NCBI GenBank assembly: GCA_048885535.1
Contig: JBHLLO010000012.1
Location: 1-31,583 of the forward strand
Direction of reading: 5' to 3'
DNA: 31,583 nucleotides
From: Candidatus Hermodarchaeota archaeon
GTDB taxonomy: Archaea > Asgardarchaeota > Lokiarchaeia > Sigyniarchaeales > SOKP01
Positions 9,108 to 18,275 of the stretch are shown in pieces; within the stretch, counting starts at the first letter, position 1, and the number at the start of each line of letters is the position of its first letter. The notes beneath the pieces were generated by a model. The model searched no databases. It was not told where the DNA came from and was given only the letters and a program-made list of their open reading frames with translations. Position numbers and translations under genes: made by a program.

Positions 9108-10466
9108 TTGAATGAATCAGCAGAATTATTGAGAGAAGAAAAGAGTACGGGTAATAAATTATTATATGCATCACCTCGATTGAGTACTTCTATTGTCCTC
9201 GGGATCGAAGGTTTTGCTTTATTAACCTTATATACTTCTGGCTTTGGATTAGATTCAATATTAGTGGGATTTGCTTTAGCAATGGGTTATTTAACAATTG
9301 CTGCAGCTCAATTCTTATTTGGATGGTTAAGTGATATAAAATATACTAAATTAGGAAGGAGAAAACCTTATATATTAATATTCGCCCCATTATTAGGGCT
9401 GTCAATAATTTGTCTTCTCTTACCGGGATTAATTTTACCAGATTTAGGAGATCAGCAACTTTTATTTGTATGGTTGCTAGTTTGGGATATCGTCTTTAGA
9501 GCTAGCTATGCCATGACTACACCTTACCAAGCTTGGATGGCTGAGTTATTTAAAGTAGGTGATAGACCCAAAGTTTCACAGTTTCAAAATACTTTTAACT
9601 TCATAGGAAATGGAATCATGTCAATTTTCACACTACTAATTCTAACTAGTTATAAAGACCTTGTGGCAGTGAATATATACGCAGAAACACCTATTATTTA
9701 CACCATTCCTGTATTTATTTTTGGAATACTTGTAGTTGTCCTTTTTTATTTATTGAGTTTCTTAATGCCAACTGAACCATATTATGAATTAAAAACAAAT
9801 TTGATTGGAAGTCTAAAAACCACAGTAAAAAACAGAAATTTTATGTTAATTGTTTTGATGGTTGGGATTTCTGGATTTGGATGGACAATGATTTCCACTG
9901 GCATGCTGAAATACACTGAGGATGCATTAGATTTAGGTGGTACTGATTATTACATTATTGCCGCGACCTTACTATTGAGCATTTTCATCTTTTTATATAT
10001 GTGGAGAAAGTTAATAGAAAAAAGAGGTAAAAAGAAAGTACTTATCTATGTATTGCTAATAGCTGCATTCTTTCTGCCCATAACAACACTTGTACTAATC
10101 CCTATGGGGGACTATTTAATTTTAGGAATAATTTTTATATTAGGCATTGGATTAATACTTGGAGGATGGTATCTATTCCCATATATCGTATACGCTGATG
10201 TCGCAGAAGACGACGAGAAATCTACCGGTGATTTGAAAGCTGGTATTTATGCAGGTTTTCCTTCTATAATTCTAAATATTTTCCAGGCCTTTGGAGTCTT
10301 TCTAAATGGAATTATCTTTGGATTACCTTTAATTTCAGTTGGAGGAGGTCCATCTTTCACAAGTGGTTTAGTCATTTTTGGACCTATATGTGCTCTAATT
10401 TTATTAATCTCATTCCTCTATACAGATAAATACGTGACTCTCGATTTCGAGTGGGAAAAGAAATAA
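9108..10466 (+). CDS. MFS transporter, GPH (MelB-like sugar:cation symporter) family
   Basis: About 12 TM segments; GWLSD...TKLGRRKPY, PYQAWMAEL, ADVAEDDE..TG...AGIY.G. Confidence 0.88.
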   Translation: MNESAELLREEKSTGNKLLYASPRLSTSIVLGIEGFALLTLYTSGFGLDSILVGFALAMGYLTIAAAQFLFGWLSDIKYTKLGRRKPYILIFAPLLGLSIICLLLPGLILPDLGDQQLLFVWLLVWDIVFRASYAMTTPYQAWMAELFKVGDRPKVSQFQNTFNFIGNGIMSIFTLLILTSYKDLVAVNIYAETPIIYTIPVFIFGILVVVLFYLLSFLMPTEPYYELKTNLIGSLKTTVKNRNFMLIVLMVGISGFGWTMISTGMLKYTEDALDLGGTDYYIIAATLLLSIFIFLYMWRKLIEKRGKKKVLIYVLLIAAFFLPITTLVLIPMGDYLILGIIFILGIGLILGGWYLFPYIVYADVAEDDEKSTGDLKAGIYAGFPSIILNIFQAFGVFLNGIIFGLPLISVGGGPSFTSGLVIFGPICALILLISFLYTDKYVTLDFEWEKK

Positions 10467-10513
10467 ACTAAATTTATTTTTTTTATTTTATTTTCATTAA
10501 AATAAAGTATAAT

Positions 10514-10750
10514 TCAAAAATATCTTTTATCCTTGAGTACTACTTTCACATTCAAAGCTTCAGGTCCTTTTCCATTTTTAGATTCTTCTAAATCAAATTC
10601 AACTTGATCTCCCATATCAAGTTTTTTGAATCCTTCCATTTCAATATTAGAAAAATGAACAAAGACATCCTCTTGATCCTCAGTTGTTATAAAACCATAA
10701 CCTTTTCTATTGTCAAACCATTTTACAAATCCTGTCTTTCTTTTTGTCAT
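10514..10750 (-). CDS. cspA: Cold-shock domain protein
   Basis: GFVKWF, RNP1 KGYGFI, RNP2 [14 protein letters not shown]. Confidence 0.95.
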   Translation of the reverse strand: MTKRKTGFVKWFDNRKGYGFITTEDQEDVFVHFSNIEMEGFKKLDMGDQVEFDLEESKNGKGPEALNVKVVLKDKRYF

Positions 10751-10918
10751 AAAGTCTTCACCAATAGTTCCAAACTATTAAATAGTCATTTTTATAATTG
10801 AATAAATACCACTAAAAACTAATTAGAAAAGGGAATTTTGATTTTAAAATTTTTTTAATAAGATTTTCATTCAATTACTAAAATCAATAAAAACAAAAAT
10901 TAGTTTCAATTATACATA

Positions 10919-12277
10919 TTGAATATGAGCATTTTCAACAAAGTTTTAGAAATATACGAAGAATATTTTATTTGTACTCATTGTTTAGGTAGAATGTTTT
11001 CTTTATTGGGGAGTAATACTACAAATCAAAAAAGGGGTTCTTCTCTATTATTATCATTAACAATGGAAAACCACAGAAATTACATCAATGAAAGGGAAGA
11101 TCGCGAAAAACATATTAAAAATTTATATATATTAGCTGAAAATGCTCGTTTTCCTGCAGCTCAACGTGTATTAAATAATGAGGGTTTAGAATATGACTCC
11201 ATTGACGATTCAACCTGTTATTTATGTAATAACATATTTTCTAATTTGCAACCTTATGTGGACGAAGCTGTAAGGAAGCTCAAGGATTATGAATTCAATT
11301 ATTTCTTGGTTGGAACGGATTTAAATTCAAAAATAATAAATAGAGAAGACATTTTCAAAGGGAAATTCAAACTTCTCGAGGCTGAATCTTTTAAAAGTCA
11401 TTTCAACAGAGAAATTGGAAAAATGTTAATGGAAGTCTTAAATAAACCTCCTGAATTTGCAAATCCTGATATTACTATTATTTTTTCTGTGAGATTCAAC
11501 TCTTTTAGTGTGGAATTTCTTGTTAAATCCCTTTTTATCTTTGGAAAATATAATAAATTTCTTAGAGATATCCCACAAACTCATTGGAATTGCAGGGCAT
11601 GTAGGGGCAAAGGATGTGAATTATGTGATTATTCTGGAAAGCAGTATAAAACGAGCGTTGAAGAATTGATAAGCCCAGAATTTATTAAACAGGCTCAGGC
11701 AACAAATTCTAAATTTCATGGAGCTGGAAGGGAGGATATTGATGCAAAAATGTTAGGTGAAGGAAGACCATTTATCCTTGAATTAAAAAATCCTAAAAAA
11801 AGGACACTCAATTTAGAAAAAATAATGACTCATGTTAATAGAAAGAATAAAAAGAAAGTTAAAATCTCAAATTTAAGATATAGTAGTAAAGGTGAAGTTA
11901 AGGAAGTAAAAAAGGACTCAGAGAAAGCAAAAAAATTATATAGAGCATTAATTGAAAGCGAAACAAAACTCTCAATAGAGGAATTTAAAGTTTTATTAAA
12001 AAAATTAAAAATTGAATTAGAAAACCAAGTAATCGAGCAAAAAACACCTTTAAGGGTTTCCCATCGGCGTGCAGATAAAATTAGAAAGAAAAAAATCTAT
12101 AAAATCACAGGAAAGTATCTTAAACCTCATATCTTCGAATTTTTAATTGAGACTCAGGGAGGTACTTATATTAAGGAATTAATTAGTGGAGATGACGGTC
12201 GTACTTACCCCTCATTCACCCAAATCTTTGAGTTCCCTCTTAAATGCAAGGAATTAGATGTTCTAAAAATATTTTAA
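10919..12277 (+). CDS. pus10: tRNA pseudouridine(54/55) synthase Pus10
   Basis: CxxCLGRMF, KSHFNREIGK, GKYNK..RDIPQT, catalytic HGAGREDID, QKTP.RV.HRR, GGTYIKELISGD.GRT; start may be ATG 10925. Confidence 0.95.
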   Translation: MNMSIFNKVLEIYEEYFICTHCLGRMFSLLGSNTTNQKRGSSLLLSLTMENHRNYINEREDREKHIKNLYILAENARFPAAQRVLNNEGLEYDSIDDSTCYLCNNIFSNLQPYVDEAVRKLKDYEFNYFLVGTDLNSKIINREDIFKGKFKLLEAESFKSHFNREIGKMLMEVLNKPPEFANPDITIIFSVRFNSFSVEFLVKSLFIFGKYNKFLRDIPQTHWNCRACRGKGCELCDYSGKQYKTSVEELISPEFIKQAQATNSKFHGAGREDIDAKMLGEGRPFILELKNPKKRTLNLEKIMTHVNRKNKKKVKISNLRYSSKGEVKEVKKDSEKAKKLYRALIESETKLSIEEFKVLLKKLKIELENQVIEQKTPLRVSHRRADKIRKKKIYKITGKYLKPHIFEFLIETQGGTYIKELISGDDGRTYPSFTQIFEFPLKCKELDVLKIF

Positions 12278-12404
12278 TTCAAAAGTTATAAAAACTGGAA
12301 AAGAAATTTTTAGAATTACGTCTAGATATTAGAAAAATAAATAAATTATGAATAATAAATCAACTTATCTTTATCTTGAAGTTAATTACATCTAAAAAAA
12401 GAAA

Positions 12405-12716
12405 ATGACTATTCATAAAGGATACAGGAATAAATCGCGTAAAAAGCATAGGAAAAAAGCTAGAGAGAAAGGGCTAGGATCTATTGAAAAATATTTAGTT
12501 GAGTATGAGATTGGTAATAAAGTTGATATTATTACAGATTCTTCTAAACATAAACGTGGTATGCCTCATAGAAGATTTCATGGGTTAACTGGGACTATTT
12601 TGGGTCAAAGAGGGCGTTGTTATGAGGTTGAAGTAAGACTGGGGAAATCAAAAAAGTTATTAATTATTGGTAGAGAGCACTTACGTTTAAGCAAGTCATC
12701 TATAAAACAAAATTAA
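12405..12716 (+). CDS. rpl21e: 50S ribosomal protein L21e
   Basis: KGYR..SR, GMPHRRFHG.TG, EHLR; conserved position after pus10. Confidence 0.95.
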   Translation: MTIHKGYRNKSRKKHRKKAREKGLGSIEKYLVEYEIGNKVDIITDSSKHKRGMPHRRFHGLTGTILGQRGRCYEVEVRLGKSKKLLIIGREHLRLSKSSIKQN

Positions 12717-12733
12717 AATTAAGGGTGTATATC

Positions 12734-13099
12734 ATGTCTGGTAGGAAGATTGACGAAAAAACCTTATCAATTCCAGAAGTTAAGAAAATTATGGAAGAAG
12801 TTAAAAAAAAAATAGAAGAAATTGATCCTGAAGAAGGCTTATCCCATTTCCAAGAAATTACATACAATTACGTTAATAGATTTGCTAAGATGAAGAATAA
12901 GGACGCTAAAAAAATTCAGAAATTTTTAATGGAAAAATTTGATATAGAAGAAGTATATGCCATAAATATTGTGAATGTAGATCCTAAAACTGTTCCTGAA
13001 TTAAGAAGTATATTAGAAAAGAGCTTTACAGGTAAATCATTCAGCGATAAACAGTTAGAGGATTTAATATATCAAATTGGGGAGTTAAAAACATCCTAG
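12734..13099 (+). CDS. rpo4: DNA-directed RNA polymerase subunit Rpo4 (RpoF/Rpb4)
   Basis: SIPEVK, YVNRFAK, IVNVDPKTVPELRSIL; synteny rpl21e-rpo4-DUF655; ATG at 12734 follows GGGTG and is preferred to GTG 12725. Confidence 0.9.
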   Translation: MSGRKIDEKTLSIPEVKKIMEEVKKKIEEIDPEEGLSHFQEITYNYVNRFAKMKNKDAKKIQKFLMEKFDIEEVYAINIVNVDPKTVPELRSILEKSFTGKSFSDKQLEDLIYQIGELKTS

Positions 13100-13265
13100 T
13101 CTAAATGTTATAATGGGAAATTTAAATGTACATTTATAAATAGCGAAGAATTTATAAATTCTAATTGTTTTAAATTTTAATGAGTACTACTTCTCAAAAA
13201 AGAGAAATTCAAAAAAAAAATCAGTATGTATATCGGAAAAGTAAAAAAGATAAAGGTTGGTGAAA

Positions 13266-13916
13266 ATGGAAAGGCGTTTAGATCGATACAGAAGGACTTC
13301 ACGCAAACCACCATATCAAAGAAAAGGCCCAAAACAAAAGAAGCAGTTTATAAAAAAATTCCGAGAAGTAGTAATTCTGGATATACTACTACATGGACAT
13401 CCAGAAGAAGATAAACCAAGTTGGTCTAAAATCCCACTTGCACAAGTACTTACATTTCCTGATTTTGTCCTTTATGAGGTTAAAGTCAATCGAGATTCTG
13501 ATATTAAAGTTCAAGAGAAGAATACGTATGAGGAGTTTATAAAACAAAATAAATTAAGAGATGTAATAAAGAAAATAGATTTTGATGATCTAACCAATAC
13601 TTCAAAAGCCTTAATTCAACCCATTCTTGAAAAAGAAATTCTAAATTATGAGGAAGAATTTATTACTTTTTTCAATAATTCTACATCAATTACCCCAAGA
13701 ATGCATGCTCTAAAATTACTCCCTGGTATTGGACAAAAACATATGTGGGAAATCCTAAATGAAAGAGCTCGCCAAAAATTTGGTACTTTCCAAGATATCG
13801 CAGATCGTACAAGTATTTCAAATCCTGCTAAACTAATCGCTCAAAGAATTATTAAAGAACTCCAGCGTGAAGGAGTAAAATATTACTTATTTTCGAAGAC
13901 TCAGAAATATGAATGA
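13266..13916 (+). CDS. DUF655 family putative RNA-binding protein (helix-hairpin-helix)
   Basis: VILD.L.HG, FFN....IT.RMH.L.LLPGIG.K.MW.IL.ER, KYYLF; GGTGA at 13259-13263 favours ATG 13266; basic N-terminal extension. Confidence 0.9.
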   Translation: MERRLDRYRRTSRKPPYQRKGPKQKKQFIKKFREVVILDILLHGHPEEDKPSWSKIPLAQVLTFPDFVLYEVKVNRDSDIKVQEKNTYEEFIKQNKLRDVIKKIDFDDLTNTSKALIQPILEKEILNYEEEFITFFNNSTSITPRMHALKLLPGIGQKHMWEILNERARQKFGTFQDIADRTSISNPAKLIAQRIIKELQREGVKYYLFSKTQKYE

Positions 13917-14779
13917 ATAAAATGAATAAAAAACAAGTTCAAGCAACTTTAGCACAACTTAACTTAAAACCAAAGAAATCACTAGGTCAAAATTTCCTAA
14001 TTAATCCTAGTATATTATCTAAGATTGTATCTGAAGCCAACCTTAGTAAGGAAGATATTATTGTTGAAGTGGGTACAGGCTTAGGAGCATTAACAATTGA
14101 ATTAAGTTCAAGGGTTAAAAAAATATATTCTTATGAGATCGATTTTAAACTCTTTCGATATGCATCCAAAAATCTATCATTCTTAAACAATATTAAATTG
14201 ATTCATGAAGATATTTTAAGGGCAGATCTTCCATACCATAACAAAATAGTCTCAAATATTCCTTATACTATAACCGGACCCTTATTTGAAAAAATTTTTT
14301 ACAATGATCGCCCTCCTGAAGGAGTATTAATAATAGAGAAAAGCATTGCTGACAGAATTTTTAACTTAGAAATCTACAAAAAATTTTCAAGAATATCCGT
14401 AACTTTTAACGCCTTCATGAAACCTCTTAAAAAGTTAAACATCTCACCTAAAAGTTTTTATCCACAGCCAAAAGTTGAACTTTCTCTTATTAAAGTTAAA
14501 GCAAGAGAAAAAGTAAATCCCTTTTTATTAGAAAAAGAAAAGCGAAGTTTTTTCTTAGATTTTATAGCAGGAATTATGCCTTATAAAAATAAAAATATTG
14601 TCAATGCTTTAGAATTATATTTAAAGAATAGAACTAGTATTCTTATTCCAAAAATAGAGTTATTAGTTTTTATGAAGGATAATAACATTAAAGATACTAA
14701 GCTTTTTGAATTAAATGTGGATGATTTAGTTGAATTAAGTGCTAAGACTTTTAATTTTTTGAAACAAAAGGTGAACTAG
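13913..14779 (+). CDS. rsmA: 16S rRNA adenine dimethyltransferase KsgA/Dim1
   Basis: KSLGQNFL, EVGTGLG.LT, YEID, VSNIPY, FYPQPKV; ATGA overlap with DUF655; ends in TAG. Confidence 0.95.
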   Translation: MNKMNKKQVQATLAQLNLKPKKSLGQNFLINPSILSKIVSEANLSKEDIIVEVGTGLGALTIELSSRVKKIYSYEIDFKLFRYASKNLSFLNNIKLIHEDILRADLPYHNKIVSNIPYTITGPLFEKIFYNDRPPEGVLIIEKSIADRIFNLEIYKKFSRISVTFNAFMKPLKKLNISPKSFYPQPKVELSLIKVKAREKVNPFLLEKEKRSFFLDFIAGIMPYKNKNIVNALELYLKNRTSILIPKIELLVFMKDNNIKDTKLFELNVDDLVELSAKTFNFLKQKVN

Positions 14780-15463
14780 ATTAAGAAAATACCTGATCCC
14801 AAAATATTAAATAATTCAAATAATGTTTATAGACCTTCTGACGATTCCTTTATGATTATTGATTACCTCAAAGAAAATATAACTCAATCTCATTTTGATG
14901 GTTTAGAATTTAATAGTATAAAGAATGTTTTAGACATGGGGACTGGTACAGGGATAATTGCTATATTTCTCTTATCAATTAAGAAGTATTATCCTAATTT
15001 TAAATCAACTATATATGCTTCCGATATATTGAAGGAAGCTATAGATTGTGCTAAGTTAAACGAAGGACTAAATGACTTTCAAGAAGAAATTATTTTTCTT
15101 CAATCAGATTTGTTCAAATCATTTCCTCAGAGTTTAAAACAAAAGTTTAACATTATCATATTCAATCCTCCATATCTCCCTTCTATTGAAGGTGATAAAA
15201 TACTTTGTGATTTAAATTGGGATGGTGGTATAAAAGGAACTGAGATTTTAGGAAAATTTCTTGATCAAGCCATCGAATTTATTGAACTGAGTAATAATAA
15301 GAGCTACATTTATTTTATAAGCTCTAGTTTGGCTGATATTAAGGAAATAGATGAAATATGTTATAATAAGGGCTTTATCAATAAAATCTTAACGAAAAAG
15401 CATGTTTTTTTTGAAGATCTAATATTAAATAGGCTTGAAATGAAAAAGGGTTCCTCTATTTAG
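14780..15463 (+). CDS. hemK: HemK2/Mtq2-type protein-glutamine (release factor aRF1) methyltransferase; real N-terminus lies upstream of the called ATG 14852
   Basis: LDMGTGTG, SDLF, FNPPYLP, WDGG..G, FFEDL; the family motif VYRPSDDS is encoded in frame at 14825-14848, upstream of ATG 14852; frame is open back to ATT 14780. Confidence 0.85.
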   Translation: MKKIPDPKILNNSNNVYRPSDDSFMIIDYLKENITQSHFDGLEFNSIKNVLDMGTGTGIIAIFLLSIKKYYPNFKSTIYASDILKEAIDCAKLNEGLNDFQEEIIFLQSDLFKSFPQSLKQKFNIIIFNPPYLPSIEGDKILCDLNWDGGIKGTEILGKFLDQAIEFIELSNNKSYIYFISSSLADIKEIDEICYNKGFINKILTKKHVFFEDLILNRLEMKKGSSI

Positions 15464-15478
15464 GAATAGAATATGCTT

Positions 15479-16738
15479 TCAGAAGGGTCTTCTCATTCTT
15501 CTTTTTTCCTGCAATAATATTCCACTCTTGCTCAATGTTCTCGATAGATTATTGAACAACAGATTAAGTTCTTGGGGCTTAAAAACAGCCCTTCTATGTG
15601 CTTCGACTTGAGGAATTGGAAGCCCATAAAACTCATTAAGACTTGAAATTGGTAGTAGAATTGAAGATATTAATTCTGCTTTCTCTGTAGCTTCTTTATT
15701 AGAGCTTTTATGATCCATAAAAAACTCAAATCTGCATGGTGTATCATGTAAAGCTGTTTTTAAATAAAATGCGAAAAAATTGAACGGGAAATAATATGGT
15801 ATTTCCTTTTTAATACCAGTGTCTCTTATTTTATCAACCTCTTTTTTACAATTAAAAATACAACTTCTTTCAGACTTATTTAATAAACGGTTAAACAAAT
15901 CCAAATCTGAAAAATAGTCCATTAATTGCCGATAATTTATTTTAAGAAAATCTGATAATCTTGACGCGTTTGGTTTTAACATTTGGATTGAACTTCTAAG
16001 TATATTCGTTAAAGCAGATGTTCTAGTATCTTTGATTGACCCTATCAATATAATCCCCCTTTCTCTGCAATTACAATATAACTTTTCATATTCTTTTAAC
16101 AAAACATCATATTTCTTTGAGAGTTCAATATCTTTTGAAAAAATATAGTTTATAGGCATTATTACAATTGAGCCATCTAATATAATTAAATCAATATCGG
16201 AATTTTTTGAGATGAGATGGTTTAATAGATTCAGCTCCATATAGGTCATATCCATTGATATGTTAGTCTCAACTTCACTTTCTTCGCGGTTTATATAATT
16301 CCCCTGAACATTGTAATTGTTATATCCAGTGATATCAGGGAAGTACTCTATTTTAGAAGAATCATTCTGGTAGAAATGATATTTAACTGCTATTGCCTTT
16401 AAAAAAGAGAGATCTACATTCATAAATTTTTTTAAAACAGAACTTCCATCCACACTTACAACATTCAATCCTCTAATATTAGCTGGAAGAACTTCTTTTT
16501 TAATCAAATTCTCTTTAATATCATAGTTAGGATACTTAATAAGTTCAGAGAAATCTAAATATTTAATATTCTTTAAAATAATTCCCACAAATTTTTTTTT
16601 TAAATCTTCGATTTCTAAATATTCATGGGCAATTTTTTTCAGATTATTTAATAAAATTTGTTCCTTTGTTAATCCTATTGAATCTTGAACTTTTAGAGTA
16701 GGGTTCTCTGTCTTATAAAAATTGCCTTTAACAGTCAT
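15479..16738 (-). CDS. nurA: NurA-family 5'-3' nuclease
   Basis: VVSVDGSS, ELxL, IILDGSI, IGSIKD, DLDLF, GLPIPQVEAHRRA, basic C-terminus KRRMRRPF. Confidence 0.85.
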   Translation of the reverse strand: MTVKGNFYKTENPTLKVQDSIGLTKEQILLNNLKKIAHEYLEIEDLKKKFVGIILKNIKYLDFSELIKYPNYDIKENLIKKEVLPANIRGLNVVSVDGSSVLKKFMNVDLSFLKAIAVKYHFYQNDSSKIEYFPDITGYNNYNVQGNYINREESEVETNISMDMTYMELNLLNHLISKNSDIDLIILDGSIVIMPINYIFSKDIELSKKYDVLLKEYEKLYCNCRERGIILIGSIKDTRTSALTNILRSSIQMLKPNASRLSDFLKINYRQLMDYFSDLDLFNRLLNKSERSCIFNCKKEVDKIRDTGIKKEIPYYFPFNFFAFYLKTALHDTPCRFEFFMDHKSSNKEATEKAELISSILLPISSLNEFYGLPIPQVEAHRRAVFKPQELNLLFNNLSRTLSKSGILLQEKRRMRRPF

Positions 16739-17033
16739 TAGAAAAATAAATAAAAAGCGTAAATATTATGCTAACGGGTTAACCAATTTTATAATTTTTT
16801 GAGTTGGATTTATTCTAATAGATCTTTAATCGTATGTATAATTGCTCATTCAGTATTTAATATTTTAATCTTTATTATATGAACGCTTTCATATCAAAAA
16901 ATTCCCTATTAAAAAGAATTATTAAATAATAATAGATATAATTCTTATTAAAAGAAAATAATAAAATCTTATACTTTGTTAATTATTCAGAGTTATTTAA
17001 AAATATCTAATAATAATTGCTAAAAAATTTCTA

Positions 17034-17591
17034 TTGTCAAGATCTATGACGGATTACGATTTTACTTTCAAATTAATGATGTTAGGAGACGCATCTGTAG
17101 GAAAAACATCACTTACAATTAGATATATCTCTGGGTTTTTTTTAGAAGACCTCAAGTTAACCATTGGTGTAGATTTTTATTCAAAGACTACATACTTTCA
17201 ACAAAAAAAAGTTAAATTACAAATCTGGGATTTTGGTGGTGAGGAGCGCTTTAGATTTTTACTTCACCAATATTGTAAAGGTGCCAATGCTGCGTTCTTC
17301 CTCTATGATATTACAAATCGTTTATCATTGGATCATTTACCTGATTGGACACAAATTATACGAGAACATTCAGGTGATATTCCCATTATGCTAATAGGAT
17401 CTAAATTAGATTTAGAAGAATATAGAGCCGTCCCGAGGGATGAAGGTATATTAGCTGCTAAAAAGTATAATTTATCATCATTTGTAGAATTATCATCAAA
17501 AACAGGACAAAATGTAGAGGAGGCCTTTAATGTAATAACAGAGACTCTCTTCGAACGTTATGGAACGTTAGAGAGACATGAAGATTTTTAA
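17034..17591 (+). CDS. Rab-like small GTPase (Asgard Ras superfamily)
   Basis: G1 GDASVGKTS, switch I/RabF1 TIGVDF, KLQIWDFGGEERFR, G4 GSKLD, G5 SSKTG; start TTG 17034 or ATG 17046. Confidence 0.92.
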   Translation: MSRSMTDYDFTFKLMMLGDASVGKTSLTIRYISGFFLEDLKLTIGVDFYSKTTYFQQKKVKLQIWDFGGEERFRFLLHQYCKGANAAFFLYDITNRLSLDHLPDWTQIIREHSGDIPIMLIGSKLDLEEYRAVPRDEGILAAKKYNLSSFVELSSKTGQNVEEAFNVITETLFERYGTLERHEDF

Positions 17592-17629
17592 CTTCAAAAT
17601 AATAAGTTAGCAAATGATTGTTATACATC

Positions 17630-18172
17630 TTATTCTTTTCGATCTTTTTTCAATAAACCTAACCATTTTACATCTGTCCATTTTCCATTAATAAGTTCTA
17701 CTTCTTTTAGATGTCCCTCTTCAATAAAACCTATTTTCTTAAACATTTTTAGTGATTTAGTATTATTCGCATTAGTGGACACAGCTATTTTATGAAAGCT
17801 TAACGTATCAAATGCATATTTGAGTATTAAATTTACAGCTTCAGTGCCTATTCCTTTTCCCCAGTATTCGGATTCTCCTATAAAAATGCCTAATTCAGCA
17901 TGACGATAGATGTAATTTATTTTAATTAAACCAACCATTCCAATTGGTATTTGGTCTTCTTTATGCCAAATTTCAAACCAAATATTCTCAGTATTTCTAT
18001 AGTCTGGAAACCAATCCTTTTTTATTACTTCTAGAGATTCTGGAACCTCCATAGACAGATATGTTCGAATATCCGGACTATTCACCCATTTATGATAAAT
18101 TTTAATATTATCTATATTTTTTACTAGTAAATCTATTCGTTCTCCTTGTAAGAATATTGTATTTTCTCCCAT
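17630..18172 (-). CDS. GNAT N-acetyltransferase, RimJ/RimL family
   Basis: AELGIFIGE..YWGKGIGTEA, N..S..MF.KIGF..EG. Confidence 0.9.
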   Translation of the reverse strand: MGENTIFLQGERIDLLVKNIDNIKIYHKWVNSPDIRTYLSMEVPESLEVIKKDWFPDYRNTENIWFEIWHKEDQIPIGMVGLIKINYIYRHAELGIFIGESEYWGKGIGTEAVNLILKYAFDTLSFHKIAVSTNANNTKSLKMFKKIGFIEEGHLKEVELINGKWTDVKWLGLLKKDRKE

Positions 18173-18275
18173 TCTCTTTTAACTCAGTGTTTTTTAAAAG
18201 CAAAATATTTTTTATAATTTAATAAATATCAATCATTCATTTCGTTATAAATAATATAGTTAGATTACAAATAAT

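Noticed and set aside
10604-10801. 65-aa plus-strand ORF
   Set aside because: Antisense to the cold-shock gene
13226-13414. 62-aa basic ORF overlapping the DUF655 start in another frame (possible uORF or frameshift)
   Set aside because: DUF655 has its own SD and ATG at 13266; the Lys-rich translation is explained by A-rich sequence; no slippery-site evidence
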